Below, one piece after another: positions 1 through 14,078 of a stretch of DNA of 64,000 bases. The notes beneath the pieces were generated by a model. That model was not told where the DNA came from. It made no database searches and saw only the letters and a program-made list of their open reading frames with translations. The DNA is from Vicugna vicugna (Eukaryota), in NCBI GenBank assembly GCA_013265495.1, contig MU057880.1:774527-838526 (forward strand), read 5' to 3'. The position numbers and the translations under genes are program-made. Each line of letters opens with the position of its first letter. Position 1 is the first letter of the stretch.

Positions 1-669
1 TGAGATTATAAAATCAGGAGAATTGTTCACAGATAAACCTCTTTCCAGAAAGGAGCTGCTGTTGTGACTCTGCCCTGGTGTCACTATGAAGCTGTCTCTT
101 TGCCAACCAGATCCACTTATTTGCCAATGTATCGATTTGTCTTAGGAATGTCTTAAGGAATGGTTCAAGTTCCTGTGGACAGCCATTGTCGGGAGATGGC
201 AGGGGTTGGGGAGTGGTGGGGGTCAAGGAGGCTGCAAATTCTAAGGCAGAGGCATGCAACCTAGGTGTTGACCATGAAGAAAAGAGTAGCATGAGCTTTA
301 AAAAAAAAATCAGAATTAACTACAACCCCCACTGGCTTTTCATTGACTTGAGGGTCACAGCTCTTCTCTGAGTGCTGGCTCTCCCAGCCGGCTTCCTCCT
401 TGTCTACTTTCTCATAATCATGGCATTTCTTAGTCACTGTCCGTCCTCAGGACGCGCACAGCACAGCATAGCTAAAGGAGTGCTGAACTGAGAATCAAGA
501 AAGTGGGTTTTACTAGGGATTTATCTTCCTCCAGGAAATAGTGAAGGAGCTACACAAAACGTAGTAGAAGGGAGTCCAGCAGTGTTGGCAGTAATGCAAA
601 GGCAGTAATAACCTAATAGCCCCCAAATAGGATGGTAAGCAGTGATGAAGCAGGATCTGCGGTGATTAA

Positions 670-830
670 GAAAAGACAAACTTCCTGAGTTCAAGTCCCA
701 GCTCTACCACCTGGCAGCTGGGTGAGTTATTTAAACTCTTGATGCCTCAGGTTCCCAATCTGTAAAATGGTTTTAACAGAGTCTGCTCCACAGATGTGTT
801 GTTACAGACACAGCACTTAAGCACTCAGTA
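670..830 (+). mobile_element. MIR SINE fragment
   Basis: cctgagttcaagtcccagctctaccac...gagttatttaaactcttgatgcctcaggttcccaatctgtaaaatgg matches the MIR core. Confidence 0.8.
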
Positions 831-1099
831 AACCATGTGGCCATATATTTTATCCCCCCAAATAGGACACTTTGGAGAATGAAACAAGAAGCTAATCTAC
901 TTGGACAACACACTAAACTGAAAATGTCCTGAAAAAAGATCAGATCACTCTGTTGATCAACATTATGTATTAGTTAAATAAATAAAGTATATTGAAATAA
1001 TGAAGCAAAATGCATCTTCTAAAATTCCTATTATATTGTTAGCTAAAAACAATCATATTGAGATTCAGTATAGGAGAGAAATTTCATACTCTATAGCTG

Positions 1100-1720
1100 A
1101 GTTAATCTCTCAAAAGTAGAACAAAAAGTCCAAGCGACAGAAGATAGGGAAAGATATGAAAACGAGAAATCGATTAAAATGAAGCCAGCCTAGTATCTGA
1201 CTAACAAGAGGCCTAAAAAGAGAACAGAGAAAACAGAAGAAAGAAAATCAATAGCATAAGAAAATGTCTCAGAAGGGAATACGAACGTCCAGATTGAAAG
1301 GCTGTTGAAAGGCTGTGCCAAAGCCAGACAACACCCACAAAATCAAGTGCATCAAGCCATGTCCCTGTGAAACTTCATTGTGCTGAGACGAAAAGACAGT
1401 TTTTGAGAGGAAAGCCAGGATACACACAGAGGACCTGGAATCCATGAGGCATCACACTTCTTGACAGTGATACCAGGCTCTAGAAGACACTGGGGCTATG
1501 ACCTCTATGCTTGATGGAAAGTGAAAAGACTTGCAATCTCGAATTCGACACCCAGACCAACTATCAGGTGGGAAGATAGAAGGGAGACATTTTCATGCAA
1601 GTACGTACTCAAAAGAGTGCCTTTTCTCCCCAAGAAGCAACTGGAGAATATTATCTAGCAAGACAATAGGGGAAAACCCAGGGCAGAGGAAGGAATATGA
1701 TTCAAGAAATAAGAGACTCA
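1100..1720 (+). mobile_element. Ancient LINE-1 (L1M-type) ORF1-region fragment
   Basis: A-rich degenerate sequence with motifs such as gtccagattgaaaggc, tctagaagacactggggc and tcgaattcgacacccagaccaactatc; boundaries approximate. Confidence 0.55.
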
Positions 1721-2802
1721 ACAAAGGTCTTGAGCAGAGGGCATGCCCAAGATATTAAAGGGGAGGCCCAGGAATGTGGCTGTGGGGTGGGGGGACCCGG
1801 AGGAGGAGCAGGTCTAGTGGGGGCTCCCCTGGGAGCCCTGACTGTATACAGATACTGGGTTAAATTCCAGAAGAAGCAAATGGGCTACAAAGTGTCTGCT
1901 TTTGTAGAAGAGAATGTTGGGACAGGGAGTGTGGAGAAGAGGGAAGTATTATTATTATAAGCATTTTAGTCCTATTATATGTATTTTATGTGTATTATGT
2001 ACCTACCTGGTTGCATTAAAATGGGGAAAGATTACCACCACATTATGTACAATGGACAAGTATTTTATTTTGATAAAAATGAAAGTTAATTCTAACTAAA
2101 GTGAGAGGAACAGCAACGATCAACCAGAGTTTTAGTAGTTAGGGCTCCTAAGCTGAAAAAAAATTCTAAAACGAGGACTCTCAGTGCTGAAGAAATGTGC
2201 ACCGACCTAAATAAACAGGGCTCTCTGTTTACTCAGAAAGGTGGGAGGTGTGCCTGTGTCTGGTGTTGGTTGGGGTGTGTAGAAAATTGCTGGGTTTATT
2301 TCATGATGAAATACTGCCAACGCCAGCTCTTAAACTAGCACAGGCTTAATGACAGCTACTATTTAAAAATATGTTCGTACATAAATGCATGCTTTCTTCC
2401 TGGAGAGGTTTTCGTCAAAACATCCATAAATCTTGACAACCTTCTATTTTTAAGGCTGTCAGTGCCTGGCACCCTGGAGGGATTCCTATAAGCATTTGGG
2501 GGCAAAGTGCTGCGATTTTTGAGATCAGCACCTTTCCTGCCTTTGGCTGGTTACCTAAATTCCTCCCCGCAGCCTGCTCTCCAGCGGGGAGGGGAGGGGG
2601 GAGGTTCTCAGGAAGCTCAGGTGCAGTGGGGTCAGCTCACGGCTCCTGCACTTGTCACACTGCAGAGCCACATGGATAGTGGAGGACCATTTATTCATTC
2701 AATGAACATCCAATCCCCAACTCTGTGCCCGGTACCATGCTAGGCTTGGGATCAGGAGTGAGCAAGACAGATGTCCCTCGTACCTTCCTTATATCCTATC
2801 AG

Positions 2803-3472
2803 TGTTATAGAAACTCAGGTCGAGCTCCTTGCTGCTCAAAAGCCAATATTTGAGAGGCAAGTGTTGGCAGAAAAGAAAAGTTGCTTTATTCCAGAGTCTG
2901 GTCACCTTGGAAGAGGGTGGACTCATGTCCAGAGGCCACCACCCCCACTGTCAATCGGGGGCAAGAGCTTTTCAAGAGGAGTTTCAGGTGTGTAGGGGGA
3001 GAGAAGGGGCTGCGTGCAGACCAGCACAGCCAGCTTTGACAGGCATGCGGGGGTTTGATCAGTGTCATCTTGATTGTTTTAAGTGCAGCAAATCTTCAGT
3101 TCCAGGGTCGGTTATTTCCCATTTCCTTGAGGCCAGTTCTTGGAACTGTGGCAGCTTCTGTCATGGCTCCAGTCTGGTCACCATGTAGTTAACTTCTTCC
3201 ACCTGGTGGGGGTCTCAGTATCTGAAAAACAGCTCCAAGGACATGGCTCAGAATATCGTCCAGAGCCCTTGCAGAGGAGCTAGAAGTCCTTGACTTTGCT
3301 TAATGACTAAACTATTTTTATTTGTTTTGCTTGACTATTTCCCTTTGTTTCTGTATTTTCTTATTTCTCTGATTCAACTTACTCTTTGACTGAAGTTTTT
3401 GTACAGACAAGAGGCAGGTGGAGGACATTGGTGGGTGTCTGGGACGGCCCCACAGGGTCCTGCTCTGTTTCA
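2803..3472 (-). mobile_element. Solo LTR, ERV1 (gamma-like) class, 670 bp
   Basis: TG...CA termini (tgttatag...ctgtttca); exact 4-bp TSD TCAG at 2799-2802 and 3473-3476; minus-strand AATAAA at 2890-2885. Confidence 0.85.
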
Positions 3473-4555
3473 TCAGGAGAGACAGGACAGAAACAGCCTG
3501 ATGTACGACTGATCATTTAATTGCAGGAGGTGCCATGAGGGAGAGATGCAGGATGCATGTATATACTTCTTGTTGATGGAGTGAATGTTGCTCTTCTCAG
3601 GATGAAGCTCTTACAGCAAAAGAATGAGATACGGCTGTTTTTGAAAGGAAAGTGAGCTCAAGAAGAGACAGGGCTATTACTCTCAAGAAGAAAACTTCCT
3701 GGGTGATCCCTTGGTGTCCTCCAGGTTGGGTAAACTCAGTTAATTTCAGAATGGGACACTTTACTGCGAGTTACCCTCCGTGGAACTCCCAAGAGGTACT
3801 GACATCCGAAGCGTGTAAGAAAGAGGTACTGTCAGTTCGCTGGCTTTCTCAGCATTCCAGACACCAGAGCCGTAGCTCTGAGAGCCTATTTCAGGAGACC
3901 AGGGTCACTGAGAGAGCTGCTATTGGGCCAAGAGAAGGGTTTTTCACCTTGAAATCCAAGCATGGCCTGCAAATCCAACACAAACATTAGGCCCAGGCAA
4001 AGAGAGTTTGTGCACTGAACAAGAGTCCCGAAAAACAAGGACAAGGTGTGTTCGAGGTGTTCGGAGTGTTTTATTTCGCTGTTATGTATTCAGTTTTGGA
4101 AGGTCATGAACATGCCCTGGGCGTGGTCATTCAAACGTTCTTCTATTACCAACGTCTACAGTGGTGGTTCACAAAGGCCAGTGGTATCGCCTGTCTCAAA
4201 CCCATCAATATAGCCAGATGAAGCAGCAGGGATCACAGTCACCCGATTCCCCTAATGCGCACTGTTTATTACCAGCTCTGCTCTTCACTCTTTCTTCTAA
4301 GCCTGCTTGTACTTCTAGGAAAGACCGTGCAGATGGCAGAGTTGGACGTAATTCCTCCATCTTGTGAAATGAACATGCTCTCGGACCGCAGCTTTGAGGG
4401 AGAAAGGGGGGAAGATTGTTACATCTGTCTCACAGCGTTGTCCTGAGTGTGAGTGTGTAAGGCTCCCAGCATGGAGGTGACACACGGGAGGGTCGCTTCC
4501 TCCTCATTTTAAGAGTGTCTCAAAGGGATCATAGGATTAGCCACTTTCTTAAGGC

Positions 4556-4652
4556 TATTTATTTATTTTTTAATGGATGTACTGGGGATTGAACCCAGAA
4601 TCTCATGCGTGCTAAGCACATGCTCTACCATCGAGCATCCATCCACCCCCCC
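4556..4652 (-). mobile_element. tRNA-derived SINE, camelid Vic-1-like
   Basis: Reverse complement reads ggtagagcatgtgcttagcacgcatgagattctgggttcaatccccagtac plus A-rich tail (B-box GGTTCAATCC). Confidence 0.85.
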
Positions 4653-6780
4653 ATTCATTTTTGAACACTATCACCTCAAAATAGATTAATTCTAATTTTC
4701 TCCCCTTCCATCACATTTTGTCTAAGAGCCCTGGACTGTTTGGAGATACATTATTTGCTTTCTGCTTTCAGAACAGTGATTCTTTAAAACATATTTTCCC
4801 TTCCGTCTTCCTGATGGGAGTCAAACCATTTCAAGCGGTTTGAGTTTGGAAAGACTTCAGTTTTCAGTGGTGGTGGCTTTATCATCTGGCACGTCACCTC
4901 CCATCAGTGGTATCATTAGTCCCATGCCTGGGGCGTGTCCCCAGGCAGTCATGGAGCACAGTGACTGGGACAGAAGTGCACTGCTCAGATGGGACAGTGA
5001 AAGGCTATGAAAAAAATCCAAGAGTCCCTGAAGCACTTTTGTTTTAATTATTAATTGTCAGAAGGAAAGTTCTTGTTCAGCATGTGCATTGCTCTTGAAA
5101 CTTGTTTTATCCCAAGTTAAATAGCCCCACTGATATTCAAAGAAGAGGAAATACCGTTTTCTGACTACTTTGGTTCATGGCCTTTAATTGGGCCACTCGT
5201 TTATTGAGTCAGTATATCAGTAAGTACGTTTGGAGCACTGTCCTTTCCGTCAAGCACTTCATAGTGTAGTGGGGAAAAGAGACACGGATAATTGTGACAT
5301 GTAGACAGGACTGTGATACAGCCGGCCACGCCGGGTATTGTGCACACAGCCCAGCACAGGGGTGAGAAGAGGCACAGGAGACTGAAGAGGGGAGGTTAGG
5401 GAACAGAGGGTGGTAGGGAGGCAGTGAAGGAGTGTTTCAAGAAGGGCAGACATCAGGACCAAAGACCAGAATAACACTGACTGTTGCAGTGGATGTTTCA
5501 GGGCTGCAGGATCCCACCGCATAGTGGATGCTCTGGGAACAGGTGAAACCAGAGTAGCTGTCAGGAGCCGGGCAGGGAAGAGTTCACTCTTGAGTTTTGA
5601 CTGTTAGAACATGGAAACCCCAAGAAGGAATTTAAATTTTACCCACCCATCCTTGTATGCAGTAGCCAAAGCGATGAAGTCAGGCTTACGTTTTGGGCAG
5701 AGGGTAGGTGTGGGGGGCATTGCGGAGACAGGGAGCCAGGCAGGAGTCTGTTAGAGGAGAATGGTGGTAATCTACAGGAATGGGGGCAAGAGAATTCAGA
5801 TCTGACTGTTTGAGGAAGGAGCAGAGCTGAGAAAGCAGACATACAGAAACAGGAAAACCAGGAGCGTGGATGGATGTCCGGGGTTAAATGAGATGTGAAC
5901 CTGAACAGTGTCCATGAGGAGGGCAGACACATGTGATCAGAGACCTGGGTGAGAATAGAATGACTAGAACGGCTTACACGGATGGGGAGGGAACGAGGGA
6001 TGGAAACCCAGATAAGGTGGGTCAGGGTGCGCATGGCGGGGGAGGTAGAGTTGCAAGTACAAGCCATTGTTTTGAAAACTTGGGGTAAGAAAGGAAGAAA
6101 ATGTGGATAGTAACTGGAGGGATGAGGGGCCAGTGGAGGCTTTTTTCGGGTATAAGAAGCATCACCCAGAGAAGGGCGAACCGCTGTGGAGCCGTGTTCT
6201 CGGGTCAGTGGGGCTGCAGCGGTGGGCCTGAGGGCACAGGTGAATGTGGACGCCCTGGAGGAGGAGAAAGGCTCCCTCACTCCCAGAGGCCAGAAGGAAG
6301 GAGGCGGGACTTCCTCATCTACGCAGGTGGGGATGTGCTTGTCTGTCAGTGTGCACTGGGGGTTGAAGGAGCTTAGATCTGACGGCCTTGGTGTTCTCCA
6401 GGAAGTCTCTTTTGCATGGTTTTTTTTTTTTTTTTAATGATGGTAAAATATACATAATGTTAAAATCACTATTTGAATCTTTTTTTTCTTTTTTCCCTTT
6501 TTCAGTTTTATTAGGTAGAATTATTATAGCTTGACTGCACATATACATTGTATTACATGTAAATACATATCTACAGTACACTGCAGTTTACATATATGTA
6601 CTGATCATTGTTTCTAAGAACAGATTAGAACTTTAGCTTTTTAAACTTACATAGTTATCAAATGAATAAAGTCAACTACAAAATAAGAATCAACAGAATG
6701 TAATAATCCAACCATAAAGCACAGTCAGATGTGCTTACACATATTTGAGAAACCAAAATAATAATTAGTCCATTTGTGGC

Positions 6781-7008
6781 CTTATTATTGTTGTTATTAT
6801 TTTTTAGATTCCTCAAAGAAATGATGTCATATGGCATTTTTCTTTCTCTTTCCAGCCCACTTCACTTAGAATGACAATCTTCAGGTCCATCCACGTTGCT
6901 GCAAATGGCATTATTTTATTCTTTTTTATGGCTGAGTAGTATTCCATTGTATATATGTACCATATCTTCTTTATCCAGTCATCTGTTGATGGACATTTGG
7001 GTTGTTTT
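6781..7008 (-). mobile_element. LINE-1 3' fragment
   Basis: ggtccatccacgttgctgcaaatggcattattttattcttttttatggctgagtagtattccattg is typical L1 3'-end sequence in antisense. Confidence 0.9.
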
Positions 7009-8589
7009 AAGTGTGCAATTTAGTGGTCCATGAAGAATGTCATACAAGGCTCTGTCCTATGAGGACAGATGAAAGTACTGGGAGCAAGACAGGAGCAGGT
7101 CTTAGGAAACAGGGAAGGTTTAGGGTCGCTGTTGAAGGGGGTGAACAGATACATGAAAAGATAGCTGTTTTATGAGTGAGACCACGTGTTCTCATCAGCA
7201 AGATTATCCAGCCATCCCACAGGATGAGCCCATCTCTTCCACAGAAGAGCTGGAGAGAGGATCAGAAAAGATGAAGATCGGGCAACGGGCTAACCTGTTA
7301 GGAAAAGTAAAATTACGTCTGTGCCTCAGAACACACAATGACATAAATTCCACATGGACTAAACAGTTCAGTGCTTTGAAAGTGAAATAATAAGATATGG
7401 AATAGAATATATGGAAACGTTCGTATTATGTTTTACAGCCTGAGGGTGCAGAGGTCAGACTGGAGCATGAAGCCACAGCTGGGAGTTTGTGAGGACGCTG
7501 CTCATCATATGCCAACATGGCCTCATAATACGATCCTGTGTGTGTCCTCTGTCACCCCAGTTCCACTTTTAATGGCATCATTTCTGTTCTTCAGTCCATC
7601 CAAATGATGGACAAGTGAGGCCCTGAGGAAATAAGACACAGTTCTGCTCTCAGAAAGCTTATCAAATAGTTAGGGGAAAGAGACACCCAAAGAATTATCC
7701 AAGAGGGTTTTAGGATGCAGTGATAGAAACAGCAGGTCAACTAATAGTTATTGATGACCCATTTGTGTCTGGCACCATGCTTGGTGGTGTGTTTAAATAC
7801 TTCAAGTGTAACAGCTAACAGCCATGCCTGCTACAACAGGATTATTTTAGAGGGTGCCATGGAAACGGACATCAGGGAATCTAAACTCTGGGGAGGGATC
7901 AGGGGGGCTCCACGAGGTCCCCTGAGCCTGGAGGATGGGTAAGAGACAACTTCTAGAATGGCTATATTTAGATTCCAAGATGCTGTCACTTTAGAGATGA
8001 AACCTCACACGTCCAGAAGAATCACCCTGGAGCGCATTATCACATACTTGACAAAAACGTTTCATTTTGAGCCTCTACGGCAAAGCACGAAGATGGCAGT
8101 GTTTAAACAGAACGCTGAGGCTGTTTTCTGTCTCACAGCCCAAAGGCTAACTCATTAAAATTCAAAGAAGAACTATGTGGTGGGTGGCAGAACAAATGTT
8201 TTCTTCCCTGAGCAGAACTAAGGACTTCAAGACATTTCTCCCAGAGTCTAAGTGACTCTTTGCAGCTGTTCAGTTGGACACAATTCAGGCATCGCCTCTT
8301 CCTCTGGACCCGCCATGACCCAGCCCAACCCTTTCTCTGGATTAGACACACAGGGTGATAAGGAAAAGACAGGAAGGAGATACTGGTTCCACACTTGGTT
8401 CGATTTTGAAACCATGTGCATGTCTTACCTATAAGATATGTAGCTTGTATCTTACTTCTTACTTATAAAATAAATTAAGTTAAATATAAAATGAAAAAAA
8501 CCACCCATTGATGGTTTAACCCTCAGAGAGGAAATATTCCCAGGGTTTTTAAAGCACAGTAATTTGAGTACAAATCTAAGAACAAAAAG

Positions 8590-8697
8590 ACACCTGGATC
8601 TTGGGCTTCCAGCCTCTCCAATGGGGAGACGGTACATTTCTGCTGTCCAGCCGCCCATTTGTGGTACTGTGTTATACATCCCTAGCAAACTAATGCA
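8590..8697 (+). mobile_element. MLT1 (MaLR) LTR 3' fragment
   Basis: atcttgggcttccagcctc...atttctgctgt...tttgtggtactgtgttata...cctagcaaactaatgca matches the MLT1 3' terminus. Confidence 0.7.
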
Positions 8698-9276
8698 GTA
8701 GTCTTACCCCCAGACCCAAGCTGCCTTAGATCAAGGCTTTGCATCCAACTAACAATGCATAGGCATCAAGGAGATGGCAGAATGTGCTAAATGACAACGT
8801 GGAGCTGCTGTCAGAAAAATACTGCGGTAACTGTCACAAGACAAATGGAAACAAGATTTTTATAGAAACAAAATGTGTTTCTTCAACAAACAGAAGGAGA
8901 AGGATGAGGAGGAAGATGGGGAGGTGGAGGGAAAAAGACAGATGAAAGAGAACCTATGAATCAAAAGAAACTTGGAAGGTGTAACCCGCTGCAAGGTGTG
9001 AGGCTTATTTGGGTTCTGTTTCTAACAAACAGGCTGTTAAAAAAAATAACATTTATGAGACAATCAGAATTTTGAATGTGGAATATTTGGTGACATTATT
9101 AAAATGTCAGGAGAAATAATGGTAGTGTGATTATGTTAAGAAAACGAGTATTTAAATCCTTGAGAGTTGATGTCTTGACAGGGGGAGGATTAGTAAGTGG
9201 GAGAAAGATTAAATAAAATTGGCTAGAAATTGTTAGTGTATGAAGTTGGTGATGGGTGCTTGGGGATCTTTAAACT

Positions 9277-9582
9277 ATTTTTTCAATTTTTATTGAAGTA
9301 GAGTCAATTTACAATGTGCCAACTTCAGGTGTACTGGTGTACAGCCTAGCGGTTCATTTATACCTATATATACATTCCTTTTCATATTTTTTTCATTATA
9401 GGTCATTACAAGGTATTGAATATAGTTCCCTGCGCTGTACAGTAGGACCTTGTTGTTTATCTCTTTTATGTACAGTAGTGTGTATCTGCACATCCCAGAC
9501 TCCTAATTTATGCCACCACCCCACCTTCCCCCCTGGTAACCACAAGTTTGTTCTCTACGTCTGTGAGTCTGTTCCTGTTTGG
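9277..9582 (-). mobile_element. LINE-1 3' end (5'-truncated)
   Basis: ttttattgaagtagagtcaatttacaatgtg...atagttccctgcgctgtacagtaggaccttgttgtttatc...ctggtaaccacaagtttgttctctacgtctgtgagtctg. Confidence 0.9.
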
Positions 9583-12500
9583 TGACTTATTTTATCTATT
9601 TTTGTGTCTACCAAAATTCCAAAATGACCAAAAGTGAGTCGTATCAATGTTATCTTTCGTTAATGAAGGTCAAGCCTCACCAGCTGATAGATGACCTTGT
9701 CCAAAACTGCACTAAGTCAGTTCTGCTGTAGTTGCTCCTGGTTGCTGCCAAGCAGCTAAAATGAATGTTGCTTCCCTTCTTCCCCTGTTGTTTCCTGACC
9801 TTGACCCAGTCAAACAAGTGACACCTAGGAGGCAGCAGCAAGGAGAGATGCCTGCTCTGCTCAAACTGGCAGGACCGCCTGGATGTCTTGCAAAAAACCC
9901 CCCGTATCTCTAGCAACATCAGGAAACACATCCGGCATGCCTCACAGGCGATCCTAGACAGCCCAATACGCCACATCTCCTGGGAGATTTTGGACAGCTG
10001 CCCCCGAGGCCACATGCACGGAATAGTCACTTCACATGAGTCATTTAAAATACCGAACGAAAATCAATAAGCACCTCTGTGTATTTCCATGTCACAGACA
10101 AACTCTTGGCAACAGGAGCCTTTTGGAGCGGGTTGCTTGGTAGAGGAAGACAGCATGGTTGGTTTCCATCGCTTAGCCCGTGCGCCTGGAAGCCCAGCTG
10201 GCGCCCATAAGGGCCACCAGCCACACGCTGTGGCAAGGACGGCCTTTTCCACATTCTGGAGCTTGGGGAGGACTCTCTGGCAAAGTCATGCGGACATGTT
10301 CCCCTAGGGCAATGCGAGACCTCTCTTGCTCTGATTAATTCTTTACTTCAGCCTGGTGGTAGGATATTTAACAAGCCTTTCAAATAAAGTGCTTGTGTTT
10401 CCTATGGAATAAAAGCAATAAATCAAACCAAAATAATCCAGTCTGAGGTCTGAAGCATATGGTGTGTGTAATTTTACAGAACTGCACAAGCCTGAGATGT
10501 TCTCCTTCTTGAAAAAAAGCCCCAGAGAGTGGGCTTTTTCTACTTAAAGGAAAAAAGAAATATTCTTGCATTTGGTTATCTCTGTCGTTAAAAATAGCTT
10601 TCAAACAATGTTCTTATGCCTGGAATCGTTACACTGGCAATTTAGGGGGACTTCGCGTGTTTTCCCAAACATTTCTTTGGGAAGCAATTTCATTTTGATC
10701 GTTGAGACAGTATGTTTCATGCTCATGTGAATCACACAGTCTTATTTACAGATATAAATAATCCTAGCTCCTTTGCAAAACAGTTTGTGCCCGTAGCTAC
10801 ACAGACTTGTTTAATAAGTTGGTTTTTGGCTTGTTAATGATGTAAAACCCATCGTAGGCATTTCTGCTGTTTTGGGAAGGAGAGAACTGCCGAACAAACA
10901 GGCGTAAAAATGTATCTTCTGCACTTCATCATGAATGATTAACATGGAAAGTTTATTGCAATCAAATAATCTCTGAGTAGCCACTGACTCGTGTCCAGGC
11001 ACAGCAGTGAACAAGCAACCGTGTACTCAGGTACTGATGTTTTGGTCCCCTCACCCTGTGTCTACCTTACACGGACTATGCGCTTTTGGTGTGGTGTCCA
11101 GGGACCTGGGACACTGCTGAAGGCATGCTAGTGTCTGCTCAAAACACTTGGGTGCTGACTTCTTGTCTGAAGCCAGGGTCAGCAACTCTGAGGCTGCGCA
11201 TGGCCTCACATTGTCCTGATCACTCATTACATTTAACTTCGGACCCTTCTCGTAAACTAATTAAGCTACAGTGCAGACGTAGGACCTTGATTTTCCCACC
11301 ATCCTGAAGTCTGGACATTAAACAAGCTTGGCTCATGTCTTCGAGACAAGTTCTTTACAAGCCACTCTGGGGAGGAGTCACTAAGGAATAGCTTTTTAAA
11401 TAAGTCTCTTTCTTTTTCCACTCGACAAGAATCTCCCTGGCAACAACGAACCTAGGACCAATTCCATCCACATTCAAATTTTTTTCTCTATTAAGAATTG
11501 CTAAATATAGTTATGCACTCATCTTGTTTGTCCAAATATGAAACATCAAGATAATTTCATGTATTTAATCATCTCCATGACAGCCCTTGATTGAGGATTA
11601 AATAAGTGTTACCCCGGAGGATTAAGATGCAACATCACCACGAGTGATTCTATAGGGCGGGGAGAGCAGGAAGGTCAGTGGGTTAGAATAAGGTCTGACT
11701 TAAGAAGAGGATGACTAACACGGACCTGCGGCACCTCTGATCTCCCCAGGTCCGCCTCTGTGGTGCGACCCTTCAAGATAAGTTCTCTTGAGAAGGCCAA
11801 GGTGACGATGCTTCGTATGACCTCTCCCAACTGTGTGCACTGGAAGAAGCCAGCTCTGGCTGTGAATAAAAGGTGCAGCAAGGGAGGGTCTCGGAGTATT
11901 TTCTCAGGCAGCAGGTGTCTCTAAAGTCGTCCGGCACGTGCGGCTGCCTGTGTCAGGAGTAACGCCCACTGATGCAGAAGGCCAGTGTGAAGGAGGAGCG
12001 TGCGGGCTTCACCTTTAAAGCACTAACAGCGCCCTTGGCAGGTTCTGACTTTAGGTGTCCACTACCCCGTAAAGGCGGAGGGATCTTAAAAAAAAAGTGG
12101 GGGAGGTGTCTTATTTTCCTGCAAATGTTCCATAGAGAAAAACAACAGAGGATAGTCCTGCTCTCCCAGAAAGCACAGATCCTGCCAAATGGCTTCTAAA
12201 TGTGTTTCTCAAAAGTTTCCATGTGCCGTCAATGGCGTTGGAGTACTTCCGGAAATGGAAAGAGCTGGAATCAATGACCGTGCAAGAAAGCAAACGTTCA
12301 GGGAGCTAGCTTGCAGAGAAAACAGGTACACAGGCTTTTAAACTGCTATAGAGATACGGCCTGGTCCTCTCCTTCACAGGCTAGAAATACACAGCGTTGC
12401 ATCTCGTCGCGACGCTGCAAGGAAATGCTAACGCCCTGCGGGAAGGTCTCCCCGTCTCTCTCTGCTGAAAGCCAAGTGAAGAACAGGGGGTACATATTAG

Positions 12501-13515
12501 GCAGCCAGACTGACTCACCGGGACTTAAACAGTTAGCAGTTTGTTTCCTTAACTTTGGAATCCGCAAGTGGTAATTTTACAGCTTATTAGAGCTATTTTT
12601 ACCCGACCAGTGGGAACCCAGAAGATGTCCAAACAGTAGAAAACGTTTGCTTCTGGACAAGACGGATGCCGAGTGGTCAATCCGCAGAAGAGCCAGCTAC
12701 TTTGATCCATTTAAGTAAACATATTCATTCAAGCCGGTTATTTCGCCAGCAGCCTGAGAGTTCCTTGGACCGTTGGGTCATGAATCAAAGCGGCTGCCCT
12801 GAGGTCTCCGGCAGACTCAGCTCACACAGAAAAGCAGGAACCCAGGAGACCGAGCAGAGCGCCACCCCAGCAGGGCCCCTCTTCAGCTACCCGGAGTATT
12901 TTTCCTGGCACAAGCGTCACCTGGAAAGTCATTTGTCCCATCAGTTTTAGACAGTTATGTAAGCAAGTCCCAGCCAGTCACTTCCTAACTCAGTGCTGGT
13001 GGCTATTTGATTGTCTCACCCCATTTCTCTGCTGTCCAGCCTGCTAGGAAAATTTTGATCATCTCCCAAATAACCAACAGTTTTTAAGGAAAATTTAGAC
13101 ATCTTTTATTATTAAAAAAAATGCTCTCAGTTTAAAAAATTCAAATGACAAAAGAGAGTGTGAATTGTGCTCAGTCCCACCTCCCTCCCAACCCTCCGTC
13201 CTGTGCGGTCACAGGCTCTCTCCCCGGAGGTAACACAGAATGTCCTTTGGTATCTTGATAGAGGCAGGCAAACTGCAGTGGAAACATGTTCTGTGTCAGG
13301 AACTCTGCGAGATACTGAAGACACAGGAACGGAAGACACGATTCCTTCCCACTACTCACAGGTTTATGGAGGGTAAGAGTGTGGGGACACCACGTGGAAC
13401 CCGTGTGACCAGGGTGTGGACAAAGGAGGGCATGACTGTGGCCCAGCATTGAGGGTCAGGTAGCCAGTCAGGAATTTTTGTGGATCACATTTTTTAAGAA
13501 GAGAGCTGAATTTTT

Positions 13516-14078
13516 TTCCCCCCCTTTTTTTTTTTAATTGAAGCGTAGTCAGTTTACAATGTTGTGTCAATTTCTGGTGCACAGCATCACGTTTCAGTCA
13601 CACATACACATACGTAGATTTGTTTTCATGTTCTTTTTCACTATAGGTTACTGCAAGATACTGAATATAGTTTTCTGTGCTTTATAGTATGAATTTGTTG
13701 TTTATCTGTTTTATATATGTAGTTAGTATCTGCAAATCTTGAACTCCCAATTTATCTCTCCCCACACCCTTTCCCCACTGGTAACCACAAGTTTGTTTTC
13801 TACATCTGTGAGTCTGTTTCTGTTTTGTAAACAAGTTCATTTGTCTTTTTTTAGACTCCACATATAAGTGATATCATATGGTATTTTTCTTTCTCTTTCT
13901 GGCTTACTTCACTTAATATAACGATCTCCAGATCCATCTATGTTGCTGCAAATGGCATCATTTCATTCTTTTTTATGGCTGAGTAGTATTCCATTGTATA
14001 AATATGCCACAACTTCTTTATCCAGTCATCTGTCAGTGGAATTCAGGTTGCTTCCACATTTTGGCTGCTGTAAATGGT
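13516..14078 (-). mobile_element. LINE-1 3' end with degenerate TSD
   Basis: Poly-T head and L1 3'UTR sequence; flanks GAGAGCTGAATTTTT (13501-13515) and GACAGCTGCATTTTT (14079-14093) match at 13/15, and the second is followed by AA (TTTT/AA endonuclease site). Confidence 0.92.

Noticed and set aside
5639..6280. 213-aa minus-strand ORF; similar chance ORFs at 58052-58690 and 60306-60998
   Set aside because: No recognisable homology or coherent splice structure; they overlie purine-rich or GC-rich low-complexity or decayed repeat sequence.
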